64,000 nucleotides of DNA, from the NCBI RefSeq assembly GCF_000143415.4, contig NW_003314357.1:517795-581794 (forward strand). Reading direction: 5' to 3'. The stretch comes from Selaginella moellendorffii (lineage: Eukaryota; Plantae; Lycopodiophyta). The stretch's first letter is position 1. Every line of letters begins with the position of its first letter. A program made the position numbers and the translations under genes. Shown piece by piece: positions 11,164 to 23,200 of the stretch. The notes under the pieces were generated by a model. It was not told the origin of the DNA. It worked only from the letters and a program-made list of their open reading frames with translations, and ran no database searches.

Positions 11164-11384
11164 ATCGCATCGATCCCACCGGGCAGAGATCGCGCATTAC
11201 TTACAAGGGCAGCAAATCGGGTGTCGCGAATCGGTGGCGGCTCCTCCTTGGAACCAAGAACGTCGCCCCAGCCAGACAAGAAATATAGAAAACCCTGGCG
11301 AATATGCCACTAGATATTCCATTCGCAACGGCAATAAGATACCATCGCATATTCTTAATTTACATTCAAGCAAAAGTAAGGCCT

Positions 11385-14010
11385 TTAAACATCGGCTGAT
11401 TTGAGCAGCCTGGTACACACTTGTACGGCCTGTCCTACCGTTAGGAACACCCATTCTTCGCCCAGTTCTTCCAGAAACTTGGCAATGTGGAGCTTCTCCA
11501 TGACATCAGAGCCTGGGTTTGCAATCGCTAGCTGCGAAAAAAAAATCCCAAGAGTTTCATCAGGATTAAATGGAGAACTTCGATTTACAGCACTCACTTG
11601 TAGGCCTCGCTTCCTTAGTATTTTCAGTAGCTCCTCGAACGCATGGATTCCTGTTGTGTCGATGCTCATAACCGCTGTGAAGTTTGCGAAGCCAAGCAAA
11701 GATGAAAGCCTGCCTTGGAGAAGTAAAGCACAAAGTACTTACGTGTTAAGTCGACGATAACGTATTGCAGTGAGGTTCCGTTGGCTTTCTTGATCACTTC
11801 CTCCTCTTCGTTCACGTATCTCAAAACTCTGTTGGGGAAAGCTTTCAGTAAGGATTCGGAGACAACTTGAACTGTCAAACCTCTCACGGATGTAGTTAGA
11901 ATTGGAGAAGTAGATGGCGGCATCAATGCGCACAAGAAGAGTTCCTGGGATTTTGTATGCTTCGGGATACTGCTGGACGTTGCGATAAACAGTAGTTCCT
12001 GGTATGTTTCCCAGAACAGCGGTGTGAGGTCGCGTAACATATAATAAAATCTTTGCCATCGAAATGCAGACCTGGGAGAAGTTTCAAACCGGTAAGACAA
12101 AATCTCTTTGCGCATCTCAGACTACTCTTACCGCGACGAGAAGGCCAATTTCAACGGAGACAAAGACGACACCAAAAAAGGCACCCATACATGCCAGGAA
12201 ATCAGACTTGTCAATCTTCCATATGAGTTTTGCTGCCTTCAAATCGATGAGGCTGAGAACTGCTGTTATGATGATCGAAGCCAAGATGCAATTCGGAGTG
12301 TAGAAGAATAAAGGTGTCAGAAAACGCAGGACGATCATTACTACTACTGCCATAACTACGTTTGAGATCGCAGTTTGACAGCCAGAGTTGTAGTTCACTG
12401 CCGAGCGAGAGAATGAACCTGAAACAAAATCGATCACTTGTTAAGCAAGTCACAATCAATAGAGGGTAGTACCCGTAGTAACGTAGGAAGAAGACAATGA
12501 TCCGATCATATTCATCGACCCGAGAGCTATCATCTCTTTGTTTCCATCAATGTGGTAGTCTTTAAGCGCAGCAAACGTTCTTGCTACGGCTATAGCTTCC
12601 TGAGAAAATGAAAATGAGAATGTCAATGCGATTGGCCCAGTCTTGTACCGTTAAAGCGACCAAGCCGGCCACAATGCCAACTTTAACTCCTTTCAGTGCA
12701 AGGTCCCCGCTAAAATGAATCAAGTGAGCCGAGGAAGGATTCAGTCCCTTGTTTATGTGCTTGACCTGAAGTATCAAAATGTAGAACAAAAATAAACGAA
12801 GTCCAGCAGCGTACCGTGATAACTCCATGCCTATCAACACGCGTGATTTTCACGAAAGCTGTCGACAGGATAACTGCAGTCAACGGTGCTATTGCCGAGA
12901 TCCAAAACCAGCTTTTCTTCCGTTTGCTCTGAAATCCAGCAAAGTTAAGAAAGACAGAATGAAAGGAACCTCAATCTGACTTACAATAAACTTGGCAGCG
13001 AGTAGAAGCACGAGGAAGAAAAGACCGATGAGGATAGTTTGCCAGTTCCACTGCATCGCCAAACATTTTTAGTGTGTCCGCAGAAGAAGAAAACGAGAAA
13101 AAGGATAGAGAACCTGGTGGGTGTGACTAAAGACGGATTTCAAAACTGAGACGATGTCAGTCTTCGTAGTGAAGTCCGTGATTCCAAACAGCCCTTTCAA
13201 CTGTTGCAGGCCAATAGTGATGGCGGCGCCCGCCATGAATCCAACCACAGCGGCATGAGAAAGGAAGTCTATGATGAATCCCAGCCTGAAATGACGACTG
13301 ACGTTGTTAGAAACCGTTTTGTCTTCTGTAAACTTAAAGGTCAACCTGAGGATCCCGAGTCCAGCCTGAATTAGCCCCGCGAAAAACGTCGCAGTGAATG
13401 TAAGCTGAAGGTAAGTCGCAAGGTCCTTCTTGTAGTTCACTTCGGCATTCAGGAGAGTTCCCAAGAGAATCGACACCACAGCAACCGGTCCGACGACGAT
13501 GTGCCTTGAGCTTCCTAGAACCGCATAAACGAAAGGTGGAATAACATCCGAGTCTGCAAAACCGAGCTTTAGCCTTTCCATGTCTGGAAGAACACAGGAG
13601 ATCAAAAGTCAAAAGAGGGAGAACTTACAAAGTCCATACTCGGGCGGGAGGTGAGCAAGCTTGGCGTAAGCCATTGCCTGTGGAATGCAGAGGCTGGCTA
13701 TCGTCAAGCCGGAGACAAAGTCTCGCTTGAAGAGGTTGAGCCGGTACTTTGGCCCCCATTCCAGGATCGGGAAGACGTAGAGAATTGCGAGGACAAACTT
13801 CCTCCCTTTGGTCTGGTTCTTGAATTGGAGGAAAGGATCGTCCGGGAAGAACGTCTCCTTGATCGTATCTTTGATGCCACTGTGGAGCGGAGTGCTAGGA
13901 GGAACGCTTACTTTGTGAACAAAAGGGAGTTCTTCCGGGCGCTGGCCATCGCTCGGCTTTCGGGCTGCTCGCTCCGAGTCGCTGTCGTCCGTGTGGACTG
14001 ACCCCGCCAT
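11385..14010 (-). CDS. SULTR: SLC26/SulP-family sulfate transporter with STAS domain (multi-exon)
   Basis: KETFFPDDPF, GLTIASLCIPQAMAYAKLA, GSFSRSAVNYNSG, RIDAAIYFSNS and SIDTTG motifs across GT-AG exons. Confidence 0.95.
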
Positions 14011-15114
14011 TTGATCGAGCTACAAGCGAGAAGGGATCGACAAACTCCTCCTAGACCTGGCGCACACGGAGAAAGAGAGTTGAGATTCTCGCTTTCGATG
14101 GGTGGACAAGGAAAAAACCAACAAAAGAAGTCATATCATATGCGAAGACGCCAAGAGCACTGCCAAGAACAGGAAACGAAATTTCTCAAATGTACGTCCC
14201 AGTCGGGAGGTCCACTGAAGCCAGTCTACACACGGCGCCGCCGCGACCTTTATTTCAACCACACCGACAAAAGAGATCGATCAATCCACGCGATCGACCG
14301 ATCGATCTCAAAACTATGATCCAATCCATGCATGAGCACTCACCGCGATGCCCAAGCCTGCTATGCCAATCGATGACTCGATCGCCTCGAAGCACACGAA
14401 GAGATCGTTTGGCGCCTGGCCACAATCTTCCGACAGTGCTATAAATCCCTTTAGGTCGCAAGATTTTTGTAAAGCCCCGTGTTAGGGTTCTTATAAAGAG
14501 GAGAGATTGCCAACTGTGACGAGGACGAAGAGTGAAAGTCGTCGTCCAGGGCATTCAATGAATCTGGTCACATTGCTGCGATTCAGCTGACTTTACCCTA
14601 GAAAAAAAAAGTATTGTTAGTTGGCACGTCAGGCTAAAGTTGCGCAGACTTTGCGATATATCAAGCCTCTCCTTTCGGGCAACCAAAGATCATAGTATGG
14701 TCCGATTGTGGATATTTTACGAGGGGCGGGGATGACACCAACATTGCGTCGATCGCTTCCGAAAAGAATGCTACCGACACAACTTGTTAGTTTGTCAATG
14801 TTGCGATCGAATCTATGTTGTGTCTTGACATGAATCGATCCGTCACCTTGGATAAAACGAACCAACACGTAACATCAATGGAATACCGTTAGACTGCGAC
14901 CGCCAAACTTACGACCGTGGCGACTGCACCACACATTCCGTCTTCGTCTTCCAGTCACCTGGCCTTTCCTTTCCGGAACTCCAGCTTTAGCGCCAGGAAC
15001 AAAAAAAAAAAAAAAAAAAAAAAAACATCCTCGTTTGCATGCCTTCCTCGATCTTCGGCTCTAAGTACCAATCTCTGCATGCGCGCTTGATCGATCGAAT
15101 CCATCGTTCCCAGC

Positions 15115-16647
15115 ATGCCTGCGTCGATCCTGGAAGCTCCTCTTCTCGGAAGTAATCACCAGGATCACGATCACGATCACGATCACCACCACCACCAGGA
15201 CGATCTAGAGGAGAACGATCGGTTCCAATCACGCCACCGCCAGAGAGAATGCTGCTGCTGCTCCAAGGAATCCCGATCATCGCCCAGTTGCAACTCCATC
15301 TCCACCGTCGCAAAGCTCGCCGCTTCCTTCTTCTGCGTCTACAGCGCCATGGACGCTCTCTCCGAGTACATAACCTCGCTTCTCCCTGGCCACCTCGGCG
15401 ACAAGTCCCTGTTCCTCTTGCAAGCATCTCTCTGTGCCTCCACTCTCGCGGCCCCGACGATCGTCTCCTCCATCGGCGAGCTCCGCTCGATGATGCTGGG
15501 CGGCCTGGCTCACGCGACGTATCTGGCTTCGCTCGTCAGGCCAAACCGGTCCATAGTTCTCGGCTCCAGCGTCCTGTGTGGCTTTGGAGCGAGCTTGACT
15601 TGGGTCGCGCAGGGAACCTTTCTCACCAAGTGTACGCCACCTTCCAAGCGCGGCCTCTTCACCGGAGTCTTCTGGGGGATCTGCTCGCTCTCCAGCATCG
15701 TTGGAAACTTGGCGGCGTTCATGGTCTTCAGGTTTCTCTCCCAGTCGGCGATGTTCGGCCTGGGAAGCGTCAGTGCGACCGTCGGTGTTCTCGTTTTGCT
15801 CTTGGTCGATGATGTTGAGCCTTCCAGTCGAGCGGCAAGTGATGATCTTGACAAAGTTGGTCACCGGGTTGACAAAGCCGAAGTCTCTGGCGGTGGTGAA
15901 GAGAAAGTTGACGAAGAGTCGATCAAGTGTTCCGCCTGCTTGGAGGATCTGGACCAAGACGTAGAGAAAAGCCGGACCTGGCGGACGCTGCTCCCCTTCG
16001 TTCTTCTCTTGCCAATAACTTGCTACCTGGGCTGCCAAACAGCGTTTTGGAGTGGCGAGTTCACCAAGCTTTTGCCAGCAAACGCCATCGGAATCGTCCT
16101 GTTCTTCACGGGAATCGGTCAAGTGATCGGATCCTTTTTCTTGAGCTGGTTGTCGGATCTCCTACGTTGTGGGACGCCAACTTTCTTGGTGGGAGCAACA
16201 GCCAGTGGAGCAGGACTAATGGCTTGTTTCCCACTCCAAGATCACCGGCGTATCTCCAGCTACGAGATCGGCTGCTTCTTCGGGATTCCATTCTTGGGAG
16301 CACCGCTGCTGGCTTACGTCGCTGGACTTCTCTTTGGAATCGCGGATGGCGTTCTCACGAGCCATGTCTTCGCCATCACTGCTAGGATCTTCCACGGCCA
16401 CAAACCCGAGATCTGGGCTGTTTTCAATCTGCTTGGTACCGCTGGCGCTGCCTCCACCTTTTGGATAGGAATCCTGTTCCCGATCTCCAAAAACTCTGGG
16501 ATCGCACTTCAAGTCTGGATCCAGCTCGCAGTACTCTTGGTCGGTAGTCCCCTGTACGTGATCCTTGATCTCTGGTCTTCTGCCAAAGTCGTGAAAAGGC
16601 CAGCGCTGGAAAACAAGTCAGTGGTGGCTGTGCCTGTAGCAGCTTGA
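15115..16647 (+). CDS. UNC-93-like major facilitator superfamily membrane protein (intronless)
   Basis: GFGASLTWVAQGTFLT and GLFTGVFWGI...GNL are typical of UNC-93. About 12 hydrophobic segments. Confidence 0.82.
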   Translation: MPASILEAPLLGSNHQDHDHDHDHHHHQDDLEENDRFQSRHRQRECCCCSKESRSSPSCNSISTVAKLAASFFCVYSAMDALSEYITSLLPGHLGDKSLFLLQASLCASTLAAPTIVSSIGELRSMMLGGLAHATYLASLVRPNRSIVLGSSVLCGFGASLTWVAQGTFLTKCTPPSKRGLFTGVFWGICSLSSIVGNLAAFMVFRFLSQSAMFGLGSVSATVGVLVLLLVDDVEPSSRAASDDLDKVGHRVDKAEVSGGGEEKVDEESIKCSACLEDLDQDVEKSRTWRTLLPFVLLLPITCYLGCQTAFWSGEFTKLLPANAIGIVLFFTGIGQVIGSFFLSWLSDLLRCGTPTFLVGATASGAGLMACFPLQDHRRISSYEIGCFFGIPFLGAPLLAYVAGLLFGIADGVLTSHVFAITARIFHGHKPEIWAVFNLLGTAGAASTFWIGILFPISKNSGIALQVWIQLAVLLVGSPLYVILDLWSSAKVVKRPALENKSVVAVPVAA

Positions 16648-16895
16648 AGATGACAGGCAGTAGAAAATGCTTGTACTCTTTCACTAGAAAAGAATCACGG
16701 CAAGCGCTAGGAAGCTCGCAGCAAGAGAGATGCACTCTACCTATCCTAGCAAAAATTTCTAAAGAGAATCCAAAAGGGAGAAGATCGGTGTCACCAATCC
16801 TCCATCAAAGACTTAGAAAGAAAAATATTATACATGGATGCAGCGGTCATATATCTACACGATGGTGCAATGCAGGCGATCGGCTCACCGGAATT

Positions 16896-17232
16896 TTATT
16901 CTGCTGGAGAAGAAGAAGATTTGCGTCGCCGGATCCCTTGCTTGCCACTGGCGGCATTAGCAGCGAATGCGCCCGGCTTGTAGTATCGCGGCGTGTACTT
17001 CTTGCCCTGGATCCGCAATTTTTCCATCTCAGCTAAGATGTGGCTCCTGGTAAGATCGCTCCTGGCCTCGGCGCCGTCTAGCACTAGCGAAATAAAAAAA
17101 ATTCCGCGAAATATCGAGCAAGATCCACAAACCTGTGACCGATGAAGGAGGAACTGGCATACGCACTGCCATGACGACGAAGCACAGTACAAAAATCAGC
17201 GCCATGACCAGCAGCGAATCCCTCCTCTCCAT
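16896..17232 (-). CDS. Small two-exon secreted or anchored protein of unknown function (about 96 aa)
   Basis: Exon 1 17232-17133 (MERRDSLLVMALIFVLCFVVMAVRMPVPPSSVT), 49-nt GT-AG intron, exon 2 17083-16896 in frame (VLDGAEARSD...SSPAE*). Confidence 0.5.
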
Positions 17233-17727
17233 CGCCCCCTCGAAACAAAACCCTAGACGCGAAGAACACGGGATTGGAATATGCCTCGCGCAAACCGGCT
17301 GAACCGGTAACCGGCCGTTACACGACAGGTAGAATGAATATTCGTATGGATATTTCCATTTTACCCTACGAATCCGGCCGTTAGGAAACAGGTGGCAGAG
17401 AATATTCGTATAGTACGTGATTGCAAAATCTTACCGTTCTACAGTTAATGGCTGGAACGCGTAGCGAGTAAAAATATTGATGGTATACCTGTCTCATGAG
17501 CTTCAGTTGTTGCGTTGGTTTGCCTTGGGTCTGGGCTTCTTTGTTGTCGTAGCTAGGGTTTGTGGCGGGGGCGAAGATTTCGCGCAAGCGATGGCGGATT
17601 ATCGGCAGCGATGAGGTTCTTGGCGATCATGGTGCTGATCCCGGGCGAGAAGCTGAGAAAGAGGGATTCCGATCAGCATTTCAAGGCGGTAGGAGGCGGC
17701 GGCGGAGGAGGAGCGATCTTGTATGGG

Positions 17728-19427
17728 ATGCGAGCGAGGCGCGCGCTTGTCCTCATGCTCGCGGTGCTGTGTGGATTCATCGTGGTTTTCGGGTGGGAGG
17801 GATCGCCGGCAGCGAGTGTGCTCGGATCGAGAGCATGGGGGCCGGGGCTTCGCCTGGAACTTGGTACGTTTTGTCCAGCTTTTTGGATTCTAGGCTGAGC
17901 ATTCTTTAGATTTTTTTCTTTCACTGGCATTCATGAATGTAGCTTTGTTTGCGGGGGCACTCGATCTATCTAGATTCTCCAAATCGATTGCTGTCTCGCA
18001 CGATGGCAGCATCATGGAGTTGCTAAATAGCACGGTTTCAGGTCGAGCAAATCTCTCCACCTCGAATTTAAAAATCTAGAACCGCAAAACAAAACAAAAA
18101 AAACACACTCCTAGATCTTATAGAATGTTTTCGGTTCTAGCGATTGTTCCTTTCTCTAAAGTTTGGCTGTTTACTTTTACCCAGAGCTTGCTACAAGGAA
18201 AGCGTCTCCTGTTAGGGAAGTTTACAAGCAAGGTACTGAACTACTTAATTTGTTTTTCTTTCGTCTTGTCTCTAAACTATTCATTGTTTCAGTTCCACAG
18301 TGTGATTACTCAAAGGGAAAATGGTTGAACGACTCGAACAGACCACTTTACTCGGGCGAAATGTGCTCGCAGTTTCTTTCCTCGATGTGGGCCTGCAAGG
18401 TGCAGGGAAGGAAGGACTTCGATTACGAGAAGTATAGATGGCAACCTCAAGGATGTGATCTTCCGCCTTTTGATGGCCGGGTTTTTCTCTCAAGGTAAAT
18501 AATGCTTCTCTAAGTGTGTTCTTCTTCTACTAATAATAAACATCATCCGATAACAGATGGAAGAACAAAACAATCGCTTTCGTGGGGGATTCTCTGGGCC
18601 GGCAACAGTTTCAGTCACTTTTGTGCATGATAACGCGAGGCAAAGACGACATGGTAGCGACCGATGCTGGACAGGAGTATGGTTTCGACAAGCGGCCTAC
18701 GTGGTCTCTCCGACCAAATGGCTGGGCATACAGGTTCACGGAAACGAACACCACCATCCTCTTCTACTGGTCAGCAAGTCTCTGCAAGATCAAGCTCTAC
18801 AACGCGACCGATCCGAGCTCGGCTGCGGCGATGCATCTGGACAGGCCGGTGGATTTCCTCAAGAGGAACGTAGCCCGGATGGATCTGGTGATCCTCAACA
18901 CGGGACACCACTGGAACTCGGGGAAGATAAACGGGAACAAGTGGGAGATGTACGTTGGTGGGAAGAAGGTGGCGCTCAAAGGCTCCCGCTTCGCATCGGT
19001 GAGCTACTCGCACCAGTTTGCGGTGAAGAAGGTGGTGAGGTGGCTGGACAGGCAGATCGGTGCTAGGCCGGAGCTCCGAGGCGTTCTCACAGCTCTCTCG
19101 CCCAGGCACTTCATGAACGGGGACTGGAACTCGGGTGGGCGCTGCGACAACATCAAAGCTTTCGGGGTGGACGTCTCAAACAGGCCGTCGAGGGACGTGC
19201 TGTCCGAGGAAGCGGTGGCCAACACCAGGGTGGAGCTGTTGAACATCACGCACCTCTCACAGTTCCGGGGAGAAGCTCACCTCTCGCGATTCACTGCGAA
19301 TGCCAGGCCGGGGATCCAGGACTGCTTGCACTGGTGCTTGCCGGGAGTTCCAGACGTGTGGAACGAGATCCTCAACGCGCAATTGTTGGCCAGGAAGGAG
19401 AGAAAAGAGGAGGACGAGGTGCTGTGA
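17728..19427 (+). CDS. TBL: Trichome birefringence-like (TBL/PMR5) polysaccharide O-acetyltransferase
   Basis: N-terminal TM, CDYSKGKW...WQPQGCDLP, GDSLGRQQFQSLLC and DCLHWCLPGVPDVWN (DxxH). An alternative in-frame start at 17611 is possible. Confidence 0.93.
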
Positions 19428-19543
19428 TCGAAGAAGAGACTCCTCGTCTTTTTCTTTCTTTGTTTTTTTTTGCAGTATAGCTCGAGCGACTCGATTTATC
19501 TTGTTTTTTCGATGCTAGAGCTTCGTTCTTAAGGTGATCCACC

Positions 19544-20225
19544 ATGGTCCTCTGTGATAAAAGATTATCGGGCCTCCTTGGGCGCCCTGGATACCAAGCG
19601 CTATCCGGTCACTGGCAAAGAGTTCCAGGAAAGCATTTCCTCCTCCTCTAGATCATTGGAGTCGTCTTCTGGATTCGATTGGTGGATCGATCTTGGCTGC
19701 TTGGCTTGTTCTTGGTGGCAATGAATGGGGGAGAACGTTGAGGAAGAAGCAGACCATCCCGGGGCCGCGAGGATGGCCAGTGCTTGGAGTCTTGACGGAG
19801 ATGGGAGGCCAAGCCCACCAAAAGTTGGCCAAGGTCGCCGAGAGGTACCACGCCAAAGAGCTCATGGCCTTCAGCCTGGGGAACACGAGGACGATCATCA
19901 CTAGCATGCCGGAAGTGGCACGAGAGCTGCTCAACAGCTCCGAGTTCGCGGACAGGAGGCCTCTCAAGCAGTCGGCGCAGCAGCTCCTCTTTGGACGAGC
20001 AATTGGCTTCGCTCTCTATGGAGATCACTGGCGTAACTTGCGAAGGATTGCATCCAACTATCTGTTTCCTCCATGCCAGATTGCTGCTCACAAACCATCT
20101 CGTCAGGCAGAGACAAGCAGGATGATCGAAGCAATGAGTACCTTTGCAACCGACAACCACGGCCTTGTCTGAGTCCGAGACTTTCTCCAGCGAGCTTCGC
20201 TTGAAAACATCATCCAGACGATGTT
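19544..20225 (+). pseudogene. CYP78A: Truncated CYP78A-like cytochrome P450 pseudogene
   Basis: IPGPRGWPVLG, LMAFSLGNTR, PEVARELLNS, LLFGRAIGFA.YG.HWRNLRRIA. In-frame TGA at 20170-20172, homology continues briefly (VRDFLQRASLENI) then stops; no heme-binding half. Confidence 0.8.
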
Positions 20226-23200
20226 TCTTTGATTGATTTTAGATACAGTATTTGTAAAGGAAAAGGTGGAAAGAATATTATCATCTAGGAAAAGGTGTCT
20301 TAGCAGTATATAATGAGAGGTTAGTATAAGGGCTACCTAAACTTTCGCGAGAAGATCAGGTGTGGTGTAGAGATGCTCAGTGATCAGCTGTGGATGAATA
20401 AAGGAGTGATGGACTTCACAGGGGCAGCAAACGAATCGCGCAAAGAGAGAGCCTGGTATTTGCAAGAGGAAGAGCTGCTCTACAAGCTCTTTGGCGAAGT
20501 GGAGTCGCGAGTAGCTAATGATGATGAGGAAGGTTGTGAGCGCGTTTCTGGGAGTGGAAAGACGAGTGCCGTGGATGAGGAGTTCATGCGAGAAGAGGAG
20601 GAGCTTTCTTCGCTCTTTGAGGAAGTGGCCTGGAAGGCAAACCATGAGGTGGGCGATGAAGAAGAAAACTCGACGATTCTGAGAGAGGTGATGGAGCTGC
20701 TTGGTCTCACAACCAAAAGGATTTCCAAACTGTAAATCTCATCTAGGGGTGTTAAAACCAAAGAAGTGCTTTCTAGCAGTAACTTCCTACACACGACATT
20801 TGAAAATCGCAATCTTTGGAAACCCGTAGAATTTCTAGAGTGATTTCCTAGAAACATAGTGAGCTCGTAGTGATCTGTTTGTAAGCCAGCAAATCCAACT
20901 TCAAAGGAAACTTTCAAGAGCAAAGTCCTTCCTCTTGGCGATTTTGATTCCCCAGCCTAGTTTCTTGCCAAGGCACTTTGAGTCGAACAGAATGAATAAA
21001 CTTGCAATTGCGAAAGGCATTCCAGTGAAAACTCCACCCTGGCCTGTATAGAAAGAAAACAGAAAGAGACATCAAGTCAAAGAGAACGTACTGGATCATC
21101 TTGGTTTTCTACAAATCAGATCCAGCCTAGCAAAATGAAGCAAGGCAGCCGCAAGCGGGGCTATAGCAAAGTCGCCAAGGCCATGTCTGAGCCTACGGCA
21201 TATCACATTGGAGTGGAGCCTTTTGTCAACATATGGCGGACTGAGGGATCCATTGAGAGTTGCTTGGGCGCAGAGAACACATTTTATGGAGGTCTGAAGG
21301 TTACTGCTGTGCAATTGTAAGAAGTCCCTTTGCTCCTCAGGATCTACACATATAAGACCGTATCACCTGGCGCTTTTGTTGACATGTCCAATGCATCTCT
21401 GCACCGTCACAGCAGGATTAGGGCGTTTCGAAGCCAAAGAGATGCTAAGGGCATGCGACTTCAAAGGCTTTGAATACAACGAGAAATATGTTTTGATAAG
21501 CAACTTTGCTTCATTTTAATTGTTTCTATCCTCGTGATTGTTTTCACATTGATTTGAAGGCCCAAGATGAGGACCGGTCAGAAGCTCGGTTTTGCATTAA
21601 ATAACATAATCTGAATGTAGTTTTGAACTGTTTCTCAAAGCGATTCCGAGATACTTGACGGACGGATACCAAGTTCTGAACACAACCAAACCGCAGTAGA
21701 TCCCAAGCTCAATAAGTGACATAAAGAAACCCTCAAGCCCTATTTATTGTGGAGTGTAGGAAACAAAAGGAAAATAGAGCAATTTATCAAGTGTTATTTC
21801 TTGGTTTTTTATTACTCTGCTTAACTATTTCCTAAGAATGCTAGTTCTGCCTGAGTTGAGATGCAAAGAAACATTGCTGCTAGACACTATGATAGAATGT
21901 ATTTGGCAGTCTTTTGTGAACACTTATGGCAGGCATCCTTGATGTGTATGCTGAAGTGTTCAGAACAACAACATCGACTACAACTCATACAAAGGTACTG
22001 AGCACTATATGTTCTATGTTTTGCCAACTTGCAATACGTTTTTTGTCTGTTTGGAATTGTGCAAAGATCAAGGTGTGCCTCCTTTGGACGAATCAGTGTT
22101 GAATGCACGTACGCAAGGTGACCTCCTTGAGCTGCAGAAATGGCCGGAGAGGATGAAGTACATGGATTGTCATTGTCTAGTTCTTTCCGTGCGCTGATTG
22201 AATGTTTTATTGGTATGCTCTTCCTCCTGCTAATGGGATGACATCATGAAGTACATGATGTCATCGCTTCATAGAGGCGATGCTGAGGATCGTCGTGGGT
22301 GACAAAGTGCTGACTTGGTCCCCCGAGTGATGCTAGAAAGGTGCTCTCGAGAAGGGAGGAATTTATAAGCTTGAGTCGTGACGCATCCATTGGCTAATCC
22401 ACTGCAATATATAAGGTGCAAATGGCTTCCTTTTTCCTTTTTCAGTCATCAAGAACTAAATCAATTGGCCATAGAAGTGAAGAAAGCCAGCATTTCATTG
22501 CTAGGTGCATCTCTCTAGCACTTTTAATTGGCATGCTCAAGGTTCATTCCAAAAACATTATGACGTCCAACAATCAGCACAACCTCGTTCACGAAAAAGA
22601 AACCCCATGACTCAATCACCATATGTGACAAGAGCGGTGGCTCCCTCAGGCGTGGATACAAGCAGCAGACAAGATAACGAAATAATAGCAGGCCTTTCTA
22701 TACTGTTAAACTTAGAAGATGAAAGAAAGTGTTTGGCACATTTTAACGGGGCAAAGCTTTTTACCATTCAATTTCTCCAGTTTCGTGACTTCTGTGGATC
22801 CTTAAACCCTATATTGCAGTGCTTGCGTGGCAGCTTCCCGGTCGTGATACTTGTAGCAAGCTAGAAATTGTCCTAGAATGCCTGAGTTGATTGGGTATAA
22901 ATCACCTTCAAAATTCCTTGTGGTTAGGATCTTAAAATAAACTTGAATCTTCTTAAATATTCTAGATATATTCATTACTTATATCACTCAAATATAACCC
23001 AACACATGTGCTCCTGGCCAATGCTTGGGCAGAACCACCGGGAGACTTGGACGACCAACATGTGTGGTGTGCCACAGCTTGGGCTAGCCTCTCGCTTTTG
23101 TGTGTGTTTTGGGGCAATGGGGTGTTCACACCCCGACACCCCTTGTTGTGTTGTAACTGTTGAGTCCGGATCCAGGCAGGCAAAATTCCCTCGTGTTTGA

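Noticed and set aside
15001-15025. 25-nt poly(A) run upstream of the UNC-93-like gene
   Set aside because: No associated retro-copy body or target-site duplication was found; treated as a simple homopolymer.
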